DNA of 64,000 nucleotides, taken from assembly GCF_963921235.1 (NCBI RefSeq), contig NC_086109.1:24182001-24246000 (forward strand), given 5' to 3'. Both the position numbers and the translations under genes were made by a program. Below, one piece after another: positions 23,966-37,359 of the stretch; the first letter of the stretch is position 1; each line of letters starts with the position of its first letter. The notes beneath the pieces are model-generated. The model ran no database searches. It saw nothing but the letters and a program-made list of their open reading frames with translations, and was not told the origin of the DNA. The DNA is from Mobula hypostoma (Eukaryota).

Positions 23966-26437
23966 AGAGGAGAGGTGGTGAAGCCTCTACTTGGACTCTT
24001 CATCCTATTGTCCATTGATCGGTTGTTCAGCGATAAAGGATGTACAGATTGCTTCACAGCAACTGCAAAAGTGAAGGAACGCTGTGGGAAGTGAGAGAAA
24101 ACGCTTGTTTTCTCTATACTTCCTTTATATTTCCCTTTCCAAAGATTACCTCGCATCAGTGAGTGACAGAACAAACGTACTTACAAAACCAAAAGAGGTT
24201 AGTGTTAATTTTAAGAATGCATATGCAGCAACTTTCCTGTATGGAGAAATCGCTCAGGAAATGCATTAACTGTTTAGTGTTGCATGCAACACGAGTTCCT
24301 GTTTTCTAAAGCCGATCACGCCTCTTACCTCTTCTCCTGAGGGCACTCCCACTTGTTGGCCCACAGTCGTATGGACACCAGATGCTTTATGGCAGAAATA
24401 TCCAAGTGTCTGGTTTTCATGAACAAAGTATGTACCTTGTATCCTGAAGGGTGTGCCTAGTTTTAAACCCACATTTCCAATAATTCCTGGATATCTCAAG
24501 ATAACAATATATATTTTTCTTGCAAATTTAAGTATAATAAAACCCTGTAAGGAGCTTAATTAAATAACATTTGACTCTAAGGTACTTAAGATGCAGCAGA
24601 ATGATGATCGGTTGGTTAAGAAGTTTTAAGAAGCTTCCAAAGGCAAGGGAAAGGGATAGAAGAAGTGAAAGGTTAAGTGGTAACAGTGGGCACCTGATGG
24701 TTGCAACTAAATTAGAGACAAAAATCCAGCATTTGCTGGGAAGTACTTAAGAAGGTGAATGATAATTTTAATTGCGGCATTGTGGTTGAGGTCCTGTGAT
24801 TTAGGATTTTCCACTAAGAGGTGACAGTGTTTAAAACAACCCTTTTCAAATCTCCAAGGCAATAAAATTGAAAAATAATCAATGGTGCAGTAGTAATATA
24901 AATGTATATAGGTTTAAGCAGCATGAGGTCTTTAACTTTGTTAAAAATGTTACAAAAATGTAAATTGTTATTTCTGAGGTATAGAAGCTTTATGTAGCAC
25001 AGCGATAACTGCAGGTATTTATAAATAGAAATTGGTGAAGTGTTAGACATGGGCATGGAATTCAGTCTGAATGCTACAGTCTTCAGTAAGTCTTGTGGTA
25101 CTTGGATGCATCATCACTCACAGACATAGTAAAAGTTTATTCTACATATTTTGTTTAGTTCTGGACTGAGATTTCAGGGCATGCCGTGCAAGGTTAAATG
25201 AGGTCAGGTTGTCTACACAGTGCTGAATTTCTGTGTGTACAGGAATCTAGGAGAAACCAAGTAAGTATTTAAAATAATTAAATGAGATTTAGAATAGGAA
25301 AATAATTACTTGCTCGAATGGAAAAATACACAACCTAAGAGCATAACAAAATTAAAAACAGTGAAATGATGATATCATAAAATGCTTCTTTAAACAAAGT
25401 TTAATGGATACCTGGAACTTGTCCCACTAAAAAGATTTTAATAATGGCTGGAGTTAGTTGGGTGGGGGCATCAGTTCAAAGCTTCCAAATGAAGTTATTC
25501 ACTTTGTGGTCGATAGGGTATTAGGGTCACAAGATCAGGATGAGTAAATAAGATCATTAGCTTGGTCCCATAGAATAGTGCAATGGGCTGCATATCTTCC
25601 CATATCCACCTCCTCAACATTCATTACAGCTCTAGATTATGTGAACAGATCATATCCAGGTGACCTTTTCCCTCAGAAGGAAAGAGAATAAGACCAGCCA
25701 ATGATAACTTGTTGACACCTTCCAAAAGAGGAGGGAATCATGAAGAGCAGATATAAGCTTAGGGATGAGGCCCACCAGAGGGGAATAGCCCAATAAGAAA
25801 AGAACCATTTGAGTGAGAAATCAGGGACCTTCCAACAGTCAGAGCCAGGATGTGGCAAATGCCCTCAAGAAAAGAGGGGAAAAATTGGAAGGAATTAAAT
25901 AAAAACAACTTTTTTGTAAAGAATATTTTTCTTTGGAGTTGGGTTGGCTCCCAGGTCAATAAAATCTTCCTTAATATTTGCAGTACATCACACGGTCGTC
26001 TAGAAAGTTAAACATTTTTCTTGGGCAGAGGAAACTAAAATTTAGGTGATGCCAGAAACATTGATCTGAATTCCCAGCACATAACCAAATCTTGTTATTG
26101 TCTAGTGGCAGCATCAAGCTACAGGGAATGGTGAAAAGGGGGTCAGGCACAAGCCATTGAAGGGCAAAATGACCCATGCAAGGGACTAACGGGTATATCC
26201 TTCACCTTCATCATCTGGGAAAGTAAATGTTATTGAAGTACCATTAGCAATTGAAATATGGACAATACCTTTGGGATATAAAGAGTGGTGAATACCTTTT
26301 CATTCATCTGAAAATCAAGACTGAGGAAGTAAATGCACACAAGTTAGAGCCTTTGTGATGTAACTGAATGAAAAGACCAGCTCAAAGGGCTGAATAGCCT
26401 CCTGTTAGACTTGTTGGTTGTCATTACTTAACCCATC

Positions 26438-26716
26438 AGGTGGAGTAGTAGTGCAGCTAGCACAGCTGCTCCCACACAGAGCCCGACACTTGGGTTTAGT
26501 TCATTCTCCCTGTGACTGTGTAGACTTCCCTCAGATGTTCTGGTGTCCTCCTGCATGCCAAAGACATGTGGGTTGGTAGGTTAGTTGGCCAAAGCAAATG
26601 TCCCCTGCTGTGTAGATGAGTGGTTAGAGAATATGGAAAGAATAAAAAAATTGGACATGTAAATTGAGCGTAATGTTGCTGGTTGATGTAGTCTCGATGG
26701 ATCAAAGGGCAGTGCC
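26438..26716 (+). mobile_element. V-SINE (HE1-like), old
   Basis: cattctccctgtgactgtgtagacttccctcagatgttctggtgtcctcc V-domain. Confidence 0.65.
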
Positions 26717-27464
26717 TTATCCGCCGTGACTCAATGACACGATTATATAATTGATCTGCCTGGCATGCAGCAGGCTAGGGAATGGGACATAAACACCATC
26801 AGTGAAACGGCCAAATGGAGCACTGTTGACAATTTCTTGATTTCCGTCGTCAGGACCAGCATGACACGGCTCAAAAGCAATAACATTAAAGAAGCAAAAA
26901 CAGGACAATATCTTTCTACACAGCACCATCAAAATGTCAGGCAGCCTCTGCTACTCCACCGTCACATTTAGCAAACAGACTGTGTATAAGACTTAACATT
27001 AGTGAATACAGATTAATCATGCAAGGATCTGATGTTGGTCAAGATAATAGGGGGACAGCTTTTTCTTTTTCCAATCACATCGTGGAATGTTTTATAGTGC
27101 TCTAAGTAGACCAATACCATTAAATAAGGGGTCTGAAGACCCCTGTTTTACAGGAAAGACTCCAGTACTCATTGCTACACTGATAAGTCACCATTGGTAA
27201 TAAGCCTTGCTTTAGTGCAGCATTTGAACTCAAGACCTTCTTGCTATGAGAGGGCCACCTTCCTTACAGGCATCTCTGGAGCCACATGGAAATCATAAAG
27301 CTGTCTGCAAGTTCAAATTGTTCCTCCCATTAACCTGCCTTGGTCTCCAAACATTGAGTGCTAAGGATCAGGGAACGGATAGATGTGAGCATCACTTCCA
27401 AAATGGGAAGTGATTGGGCCACTGATAGAAGGATTGGATTCATTCTTCAATGTATGGAAATCCA

Positions 27465-27812
27465 AAGTTCAAAGTTCAAAGTAATTTTATTATCAAGGTA
27501 TATACACTACTTTGAAATTTATTTTCTTGCAGACATCCACAGTAGAACAGAGAAATACAATAGAATCAATGAAAAACTGCACACAGGACTGGCAAACAAC
27601 TAATGTGCAAACAAAGACAAACCGTGCATGCAAATTAAAAAGTGTAAATAAATAATACTGAGAACCTTACTTGGTGAGTCCTTGAAAGTAAGTCTATAAG
27701 TTCAAAGTTGAGGTGAGTGAAGTTATCCATGCGTTTCAGGAGCCTAATGATTGAAGGGTAATAACTGTTCCTGAACCTGGTGGTGTGAGACCTAAGGCTC
27801 CTGTACGTCCTA
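27465..27812 (-). mobile_element. Rex1/Babar 3' fragment
   Basis: (aagttca)n tail; similar to 49165-49560. Related fragments at 22640-22905 (-), 36645-37070 (+), 44190-44615 (-). Confidence 0.7.
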
Positions 27813-28398
27813 TACTGAAGGATATTTTGTCCTGATATTTTCTCAAGAATTTACATAGAATTTTATGATGTAGTGCAATTACCTTATGAAAATTATAAAT
27901 GGATGGCCTGAGAAAATTTTCATCAGAAGAGTCCATGGTAGAATATCTTTTCATTGTTCTACATAATCATCAATTTAAAGCTCTGCATCAGTAGAGGAAT
28001 GAATACCTTGACGTGGTTCAGTGAGGACTTTGCAAATCTTTGTAATTACTGAATGAATTCAACCTGTGCTGAATCAGAATCTCAGAGAAATTGTTTATTC
28101 TCTAATGACATCCCTTACCCCCACCCATCATATACTGCAAGGGACCAGATCAGAAGGGACTGACAAATGCCATTCTAGCTTGTTTACAGTTCCTTCATCA
28201 TGGCCAAGGCAGAGAAAGGAGTGTTGGAAATAGGCAGAGTTCCTTTGTGTCCTCTAAATCCTCTGTTTGTTCGTACATCATAGTTTTGGTGTTCTGTTAC
28301 TCATATTCCTTTTCTAACTGCTTCCATTAAACCACTGACTGAGATAATCTCATTACAGCTTCACTCCACAGTAACTCTGTTCTTTATTTATCACTGAT

Positions 28399-28850
28399 AG
28401 CAACGCACACAAAATGCTAGAGGAACTCAGTAGGTCAGGCAGCAGCTACGAAGAACAGTTTTGCATCCATTTCAACCTCCCTGTGGTATTGCCTCCGATA
28501 TTGTCACCCTGAGAGAGAACACCTACTCACTGGAAAAGGGTCTCGGCCTGAAACGTCGACTGATTATTCCTTTCCTCAGAAGCTGCTTGATCTGCTGAGT
28601 TCCTCCAGCATTTTGTGTGTGTTGCTCTGGGTTTCCAGCATCTGCAGACTTTCTTGAGTTGTGTGGTTGACTTTTATCACTGATATTTCCTTTGGTTTAT
28701 CTTTCCCTCCCCAACTCTATGTAACATAAAAGCATTTTTTACTCTCTTTCCCAGCTCTGAAGGGGCTTTGACCTGACTAGTAACTCTGTTTCTCTTTCCA
28801 CAGGTGCTGTCTGACCCACTGAGTGTCTCCAGTATTTTCCAGTTTTTTAT
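28399..28850. mobile_element. Penelope-derived inverted arms (28399-28640) plus an older copy (28700-28850)
   Basis: gcaacgcacacaaaatgct... / ...agcattttgtgtgtgttgc; partial hammerhead agggtctcggcctGAAAcgtcgactg lacking CTGANGA. Confidence 0.7.
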
Positions 28851-29864
28851 TATATTTTTGCTTATCTCCAAACACTAATCAGTGACACCTGCTGGAAGTA
28901 CAGATGTGCAAATCTCATGAGAGCTCAAGATTCTGTTTGGCTGTTGTGCAATTGTAACAAAATGGTCTGTGTCCACCAAACTAGGTTTAAAAGTCAGAAA
29001 AGTAAGCAGGAGGAGAAGTAAAATATTCTTTTAAACTAAATTACAGCTTTGGTCTCCCCTCTTAAATTTGACTTCTCGACTTTCCCTACCTTAAAAAAAA
29101 AAGGCCTCAAAGAGACTGTTATTCTGTTTGTGTCGGTTAACAGTGGTTGATTTTTCTATATGTTATCTGGGAAACTCAGTCATCACTTCCTGAGGATGTA
29201 TTCTGCAGCCTAGTTCGCAGCCCCTGTGGTTTTTTATGGGCTTGGGAGATAATGTGGGGTAGTCTGCATGTATCAAGATGTATATTATAAAACTCTTTGC
29301 ACCTCTCAGAAAAAACTTCTCTCCCACCTCCTCAAAGCCCAACACCCCCTCTCAACTTTAGAATTTGCAAATAAAACACATTTTTTTTTCTCGTTGGTCT
29401 ATATTCCTCTCCCAAATATACTAACTTGGCAGCTGTTGGTAACAATCTGGTGCCAAACCTAACTGACCAATCTTATTTAACATGATGTGGTGGGGGGGGA
29501 GGGGGTTGAGTGGGGTGAGGCAATGTGATAGAAAGCTGCTGGTGGGAAAGATGTCTTAGCTGACTCTGGCTTGTGTCCTCTCTAATATTTGTGCAAACCT
29601 TCCTCCACGGAGAGCAAGCGGGGTTTTGCCAGATGTCGAGTCAGAGGAATATCAAGATAGAAATTCAGATCCAGCAGCATGGAGTTTCCTCGAGCACTGA
29701 CTGACTGAACAAGTGCCCACTTGGACTATGGAATTACAGACCATGAGGTGTGAATGCTACCACTTAACAGCAGCCTTCTTCACAGTTTTCAGAAGGAGAA
29801 GCCACTCGTTGGGGTAGTTCCCCTCATTTCACTTCAAATAATTTTGTTGTCTGGTTACAAGCAG

Positions 29865-30330
29865 CTTATGGAGAGGGTCCAGAGGAGGTCCCAGGAATGA
29901 AAGGGTTAACATGTGAGGAGAATTTGGTGGCTCTGTGCCTGTAATTGCTGGAATTTAGAAGAATGAGAGGGTTCTTCTTGAAACCTATCGAATATAAGGC
30001 CTAGGTGGAGTGGATGTGGAAAGGGTGTTTCCTGTAGTGAGGGAGTGGGCCCAGCCTGAGAATACATGGAGGTACATTTAGAACAAAGATGAGCAGGAAT
30101 TTCTTTAGCAATAAGTCTGTGGAATTCATTGTCACGAATGGCTGTGGAGGTCAACTCATTGGGTATATTGAAGTGGAGATTGATAAGTTCTTAATTAGTA
30201 AGGGTGTCAATAATTATGGGGAGAAGGCAGGAGAATGGTGTTGAGGGGATAATATATCAGCCATGACAGAATGGCAGAGCAAATTCGACAGGCTGAATGG
30301 CAGAATCCTATTCCTATGTCTTATGGTCTA
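29865..30330 (+). mobile_element. 5'-truncated CR1 3' fragment
   Basis: Similar to 18075-18566; tail tatgtcttatggtct. Confidence 0.85.
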
Positions 30331-32642
30331 CATAGGAAGCCAGTGCAAAGAAAGGTACAGCTAGGGACCATGTGGGAGCCCATGGCTACATCTTTGATCT
30401 GAGGGAAGTGAAGCCAACAAAAATAAAGGCATAGCATGGGGCTGAATTCCTTTACTTTCCTCCCACAGATGCTGCTCAACCCGTTGAATTTGCTCCAGCA
30501 GATTGTTGGTTCCTGCATTATTGATAGGGTTGCCTTCTCCTCTAATTCAATTTTAAGGCTGTTTGGTTAAAACTGAAAAATCTTAACAATAGTTTAAAAA
30601 AAAGATTCTTCGTCTATTTGTTGCTTAATGGGAGAGCTAGTTTTGTGGCACTGGAATATTTTCCCTCCCTATGAGCTTGGTAGGAAACACTTTCCTATCC
30701 TGTCTCTATCCCCTTTTTTATTCTCATCAAAACCTTTCCTCATGCTCCTTCCAGACTTCAGTCAGTTGCTCCCAGGAGTGGACATAAATTAAATCCCTGT
30801 GTGAAAGTCGACAGCTTTAGGATGAATGTTTGTGTACATTGCAGCTGTTTACTTTGGTCAGAATGGGATCAGGAGCCAACTGGCATGGGATCTTGAATGT
30901 TCTTTGAAGTTCTCCAAGATACACACAAGCAGCTAAAAACGGGAAGAGAAGGAATGGGTGGCACAGTGAGTTGGAAAGCTGACCTTTCACCTCAGGGATT
31001 TGGGTTTGTATCCAGACCAGACTGCAGGATAAAAGCGTTATGTCTTTGCTGCCTTCTCATAGTCCAATATGGGCCTCTTGAACTTGCTTCTGAGCACAGT
31101 GTAAAACCATCCAAGATAACTGTTAAGTAGAAACTGATAGAAATACTGATGTCGGAAATATAGGAAATGAAAGGTCTTCCAAAGGACATTGAAATAGAGG
31201 CAAGGTTACTGTGAATCGAACCCCTGCTGTCTTAGTACCATTTGTATTTCATAGATAAAAGTTTTATTTATTCAGTATTTAGGCCAAGCTGTTCTTCCTG
31301 AGGAGTATATCATAAGACAATAAGGGAACATTTAATCTAAAAAAAGGATAAGGCAGCTTTATTTTGTATGTAATGCATATCCTTGCACCAGTTGCATTTG
31401 AAGAATAGTGTAAAAAGAGTTTGATTCTGTGTATAACAGAGGCTGTTCCTCCTCAGGAGTATGTGATGGACAATTTAATCTGATTAAATATATGCAATGT
31501 AAATACTCTGGAAGTGTCTGACTGACAACGGTAGTGAGAACTGTTTCTAAGAGTAATCTACGTCGTATATAACCTTGGAGAATTTTATGGGGCACTGTGA
31601 AGTGAATCCTGGGAATAACCAAATATATCATCTGAATTTGGAGAGAAATGGTAGAGCTGAGGTGTTTAGGGAAGTACTTTTAGAGTGCAAGGAATAATTA
31701 CAAATTTATCCATGCTTTCTAAATGCTCATTACTGCAGACTGCTCATTTACTTCTTTTGAAGTGATTTTGGTCTCTGAACTTCAACCTTGAAAGCTGAGC
31801 AACAATCCTCTCACCAGCCATCTCCATTCTTCCTTTTTAAAAAAATTTTCAGAATGAAACTTCCCTTTCATTTCGACCCTCCCCCACAACCCCACCCACA
31901 GTTCTCACCCACACCTCTACATAACCTACCTCCTCTCTGTGTCCTTATAATGCTGAAAGGAGAACCCCTCACTCCCTCTCTGATTCCAGTTCATTCTCTT
32001 TGAAGGCGACAAATTGTCGAGCCACCCCTCCATCTCTGTCCGTTTTCACTTCCCCCGAAATTCGAAGGCCTTTCAAGGGTTTCTTTTCCTTCACTACTTT
32101 AACATACAAGTAGCCTGCAGGGCTTAAAGTGGGTCCGTTGATCTTTCTGGAATCTTCTGTTCCACGATTCTCTGTCCTTTGGGATGGCAATTTGTCATTT
32201 CCTCTGTCATCTCTCACAAATACCTTCCAGTCATGATTTGCCCATATTTCTAAAGCAGATGTTACAATGTTGGAACCAGAGAAGCCAGTTGTACCAATGC
32301 ACAAGCCCCAAGCTCAGCTCAAATTTCTTATATTGTCTGTTGTTTTTCCAATTGACAAGTCAATCCTTCAATTTATAAAATAACGGAGCTTATCCGTTAT
32401 TTTTATGATTTTAGACCATAATACCAGGTACATGTATTTTCTTTAATGTTGTACTGTGTTTCAGAGATTGACATCTCACTCCTAGACATATGTGTATAGT
32501 AATCAACAGAACTTTAGCTAAACAGACACAGACACAAAGCTAATTGTAATGTGTCATTTGTGGGTTAATAATCAACATATGTATTGGAATGTACCCTAAT
32601 TTCCATTCGCTTATCATCTTCAGGCTTGGTGAAATTATAGAG

Positions 32643-32980
32643 TATAGTCATACAAGACTATAGCACAGAAACAGGCCCCTTGGCCCATCTACTTCATGCC
32701 AAACTGTTTTTCTGCCTAGCCCCATCGACTCACACCCGAACCAGATCCCTCCATACTTCCACACTTCTCTTAACTATTGTAATCCAACCCACAATCACCA
32801 CTTCTGCTGGCAGTTCGTTCTACTCTCACAGTACCCTCTGAGCGAGGAAGTTCCCTCCCAGGTTCCCCTTAAATATTTCACCTTTCACCCATAACTTATG
32901 ACCTTTGATTGTAGTCTCACCCAACCTCAGTGGAAAAAGCCTGCTTGCATTTACCCTGTCTATACCTGTCATAATCTTGT
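32643..32980 (-). mobile_element. CR1 3' fragment
   Basis: agcacagaaacaggccc... is the reverse complement of the 35105-35715 family. Confidence 0.75.
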
Positions 32981-34239
32981 GTGCTTAGTTTTGCCCCTAA
33001 ATACAGTAATGCCTGAATTCGAAAAGACTCATTCTTGTTTCCAAATCCTTTGCTTCTCCCACTTATGGCCTTACAATCTTTGTAAACTTCTTTCAACCCA
33101 GCAAATCTTTTAACTGTCCACTCCTATCACGCCATCAGAAGCTGAGAAACAGCTAACACACTAACTAATGTCCCTCCCCTCTCATTGACTTCACACATCT
33201 GACTGTGTGCAGGGTCAATGTTAAGACCAGGTCTCTGGTTTGCTGGGTTGACCCTGAGCTGAGGTCCTTGGGGGAGAGGGTTAGGGGCATGGGGGTGGGA
33301 GAGTTGGAGTCAGAGGGTAGAAGAGGGAGAGAGCAAGCTTGCACAGCCCGGCATTGAAACAGAGACATTACTTTGCAAAGGAAATCAGACCCTAGCCAGA
33401 CCTTCAAACAGCAACAAAATAAATAAAAACCCCGGAACTTACAGAAGCATTGAAACAATGCAAATAACACTGGCCGTCTTGGAGTTATTTCCACAGTGAC
33501 AGCTCTTGGATGCTAGGCAACCCTTGCCACTCTGCTTGACCTTTCCCTTGCTGTGACCCTTGTTAAACCGTAGCTGAAGACAATTATTTCTTGGCATTTG
33601 TTTTCCTTTGGTTAGGGGGCCACTGTATTGGACACAGACTGTGTCCGAGCTGCCGGCATGGAACTTAGTTGTTCCATCCATTAACAGCAACTGCTGCTCG
33701 TAAAGTTGGGGGTTGGTGGTGGGTGGTGGAGGTTGGGTGGGGGTGGTGGGGAGAACTGGTGCTTAGTTTGAACACAGACTTAATCTCCGATTACGCGGCA
33801 CCAGTCTCTTGCTGTTGTTGGAAGCTTATTGAGAGAGAGAGAGGCAGCTGCAGAGAGCACAATGGAAATCCATTCTTGATCACGTGCTACACATGCACAA
33901 TATATTGTTGTGTGTACGTTGTACCCTACTTCCAGAATTCAGATCCATCTACATGAAGTGGAGAAGAATATGCAGATGCAGTTGCAATGTGCCTGTAACA
34001 CACGTGACCAAGGACAAATTTCAACCCCCAGTGCTAATTAAAAAGAGCCTTTAGTAGCACCCTCAATATTTCATCTTCATGAAAAAGGAGTTGGAAAATG
34101 CAAACATATAAGAAGCAATCTTGTGCAAAATGGTGTCAACCGTTCGTTGTTTGTTTCTTGGGAAAGGATATGCTTAAGTACACTCGTATGCCTCTTATCA
34201 CTCCTTGGACTGTGCCCAGAATTATAAAAGAAAGATTAA

Positions 34240-34510
34240 AGATAAAGATTATCTTTATTTGTCACATGTACTTCAGAACAGACAGTGAAATGCATCTTTT
34301 GCATCAAATCAAATGAGCGAGGATTGTGCTAAGCAGCCAGCAAGTGTTGACGTGCATCTGGCATTCCCACGGTTCCCTAACCATAACTGTACATCTTTGG
34401 AATGTGAGAGGAAATCACAGCACCCAGAGGAAACTCACATGCTTATGGGGAGAACAGATAAACTTCTTAAAGACAGCAATTCTTGTAATAATTTTACACT
34501 AACCGTGCCA
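34240..34510 (-). mobile_element. V-SINE with Rex-type tail
   Basis: Reverse-complement similarity to 42775-43075. Confidence 0.7.
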
Positions 34511-34802
34511 CCAGAATTAGCTGATCTCACATAACCTGATTGTCTGCAAAGACTAAACTTAGATATAGTGTTTGTGACCTGGGAGTAGGATGTGATGGGG
34601 TTGGGATGTGCAGTGTGGTGCTGATGAGGGGCTGGAAGTAATGGGGGGAGGGTTCAGTGACATGAGGTATACATAACCAGTGCAGTTGTTAAGGATTATT
34701 GCTTTGTAATTACAATGCTGCCATTGAACTTAGTGACCTCAATGTTACATAGACTTGGGAGAAAGGAAAAGTTAACTGGCTAAAGAACTGAAATTTATAC
34801 AG

Positions 34803-35017
34803 CAAACACAAGGAAAATCTGCAGATGCTGGAATTTCAAGCAACACACATAAAAATTGCTGGTGAACGCAGCAGGCCAGGCAGCATCTATAGGAAGAGGT
34901 ACAGTTGATGTTTCGGGCCGAGACCCTTCATCAGGACTAACCAGGATGAAACATCGACTGTACCTCTTCCTATAGATGCTGCCTGGCCTGCTGCGTTCAC
35001 CAGCAATTTTTATGTTG
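34803..35017. mobile_element. Palindromic Penelope-derived element with hammerhead core and 14-bp TSD
   Basis: 68-bp arms 34847-34914 / 34948-35015 with 1 mismatch; perfect TSD tgaaatttatacag at 34789-34802 and 35018-35031. Confidence 0.9.
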
Positions 35018-35104
35018 TGAAATTTATACAGTATTGCATCTGACTTAATGGCCTAATTCTGCTCATATGTCTTATGATCTTATGATCTTCTGAACATCAA
35101 TACT

Positions 35105-35715
35105 TTTATGGAAGTCAAAGTATTGAGTACAGGAGATGGGATATTATGGAGAAGTTGTGTAAGACATTGGCGAGGCCTAATTTGGAGTATTGTGTGCAAT
35201 TTTAGTCCACAACCTACAGAAAAGATGTAAATGAGGTTGAAAGAGTACAGAGAAAATTTACAAGGATGTTGCCAGGTCTGGAGGACCTGAGTTATATGGA
35301 AAGATTGAATAGGTTAAGACTTTATTCCTTGAAACGTAGAAGAGTGAGAGGAGATTTGACAGAGGTATACAAAATTATGAGGGGTATAGATAGGGTAAAT
35401 GCAAGCAGGCTTTTTCCACTGAGGTTGGGTAGGTCTACAACAAGAGGTCATGGGTTAAGGGTGAATGGTGAGAAGTTTGAGGAGACACTTCTTCACTCAA
35501 AGGGACGTGAGAGTGTGAAATGAGCAGCCAGCGCAAGTGGTGCATGCGAGATCAATTTCAATGTTTAAGTGAAGTTTGGATAGGTACATGGATGGTAACG
35601 ATACAGATGGCTACGGTCCCAATGCAGGTCGATGGGAGTAGGCGGTTTAAATGGCTTGGCACAGACTAGACAGGCTGAAGGGCCTGTTTCTGTGCTGTGC
35701 TTCTCTATGACTCGA
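35105..35715 (+). mobile_element. CR1 3' fragment (second subfamily)
   Basis: MLPGLEDLSYMERLNRL..RGDLTEVYKIMRG ORF2 C-terminus; tail tctatgact. Confidence 0.9.
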
Positions 35716-36500
35716 AGACTCTCTCAAACATTTTAATTTTGAATTGGGATCTCTACTGCGCTATGGGGAATCTAACACCAATTCACTTGGAGCAAACCCT
35801 CACCAACAGTAGTCGTTCAATCATCTACTTATTGTGCTGTGGTTCAGGGGAAATATTAGTAAGGGCACAGTGAAAACCTGTCCTTTCTTCAAAATATTGA
35901 GATGCAACCTTTGACATCCCCTAACATGCCAGATAGGTCATTCAGTTAACCTTGCATCTGAAAGGTGGCACTTCGAAGAGGACAGAACACCATCAGGAGT
36001 GCTAACTATCCCAGATTATGTGCTCTAGTCCCTCGTATATGCTTTACTGCGGGATTCAAAGAAAAGGTCACTATCAGCTGCAAACCACTGCCTGGCGCGC
36101 AACATGCAAAGCTGCGATCAAACTAAATGGCATTAGTGAAATGGTCAGTGCATGGTGGGCTGATGAATATTTGTTTAACAACCCCTCAGCACATAATTCA
36201 ATAGTGCCTGAGGTTCAAGATGCTCAGACCAATGGAAAGCCCTTTCCTATGCATTCTGCGCTGTTGTTGAAAATCTAAAAGGAATCAGACAAACCCATTT
36301 CAAAGCAAATGAGGGAGAGACCCTTTGGAGGCTGAGGCCTGATAAAAGGATTTAGTATCCAGGGATCCGAAAGGAGCTGGAGATCAACAGCTGGCATAGA
36401 CTGAGGATCAGCCGTGTGAGCAGAGAGCAAGAATCTAAGGGTGTTGATGCTGGGAAGTTAAGATGAAAAGATGCAGACAAAAAGAGGTTTCCGATATTCT

Positions 36501-36630
36501 TTCAAATCCCTTACTCACTCTTCCTTCAGTTAGTCCTGATGAAGGGTCTCGGCCTGAAATGTCGACTGCACCTCTTCCTATAGATGCTGCTTGGCCTGCT
36601 GCGTTCACCAGCAACTTTGATGTATGTTGC
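36501..36630 (+). mobile_element. Penelope terminal-repeat fragment with hammerhead and 13-bp TSD
   Basis: Similar to 58490-58615; TSD tttcc(g/a)atattct at 36488-36500 and 36631-36643. Confidence 0.85.
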
Positions 36631-37359
36631 TTTCCAATATTCTGATATGTTTGCGATTATTGGAGTGTATTTTGGTTTCCTTCAGTTTTTTGGTGTCTTC
36701 TTTCTTGTGGACGATTGGCGGGTCGGCGATCTGTTAATCGTTTGTGTGTAGGGAGTCTTGGGGTTTGGTGCTAATGTCGCTGTTCTTTTCTGCGAGTGAG
36801 GGGGTCGGGGATTGTTATTGTCGTTGTTTTTTTTGCGAGTGAGGGGATCAGGGATTGTTATTGTTGCTGATTTTTTTCTGCGGGGGGGGATTTTGCAGTC
36901 TGCGGGTTTTGGTTCTTTTCTTTTTCGTGCCGGGGGTGGCAGGGAGAGTTGATGTCTTTTCTTTCAACAACACCCATGGTCTTCCTGTATTAATGGCTAT
37001 CTGGAGTAGACAAATATCAGAGTTGTACTGTACATGCACACTTTGATGATACAATGAACCTTTGAACCTTTTGAGTAGGTTAAGGACTGGGAAAAGCATT
37101 TAAGGATTGGTAGTCAAAGGCAGGTTTGCTTTGGAGAAAGATACAGGAATTGGTAATGGGTCAGGTAGTTCGTCAGTTGATTGATTGAGAATGGTTGGCA
37201 ATGAGGGTTAGAGTGGGACCGCTGTAGGGATCCCTAAGGGAGCATATCTCAGGTGAGTTCCCAACTCCTGCCTCTCTGTGCTGCGACTTGGTAATTGGCA
37301 AGTAATTCTCAGGCAGATCTCCACCAGTATGGTGAGGATGCATTGTTGGTCACATTGTC

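Noticed and set aside
31969..32304. 111-aa minus-strand ORF in non-repeat DNA
   Set aside because: No recognisable domain or convincing splice sites; length compatible with chance
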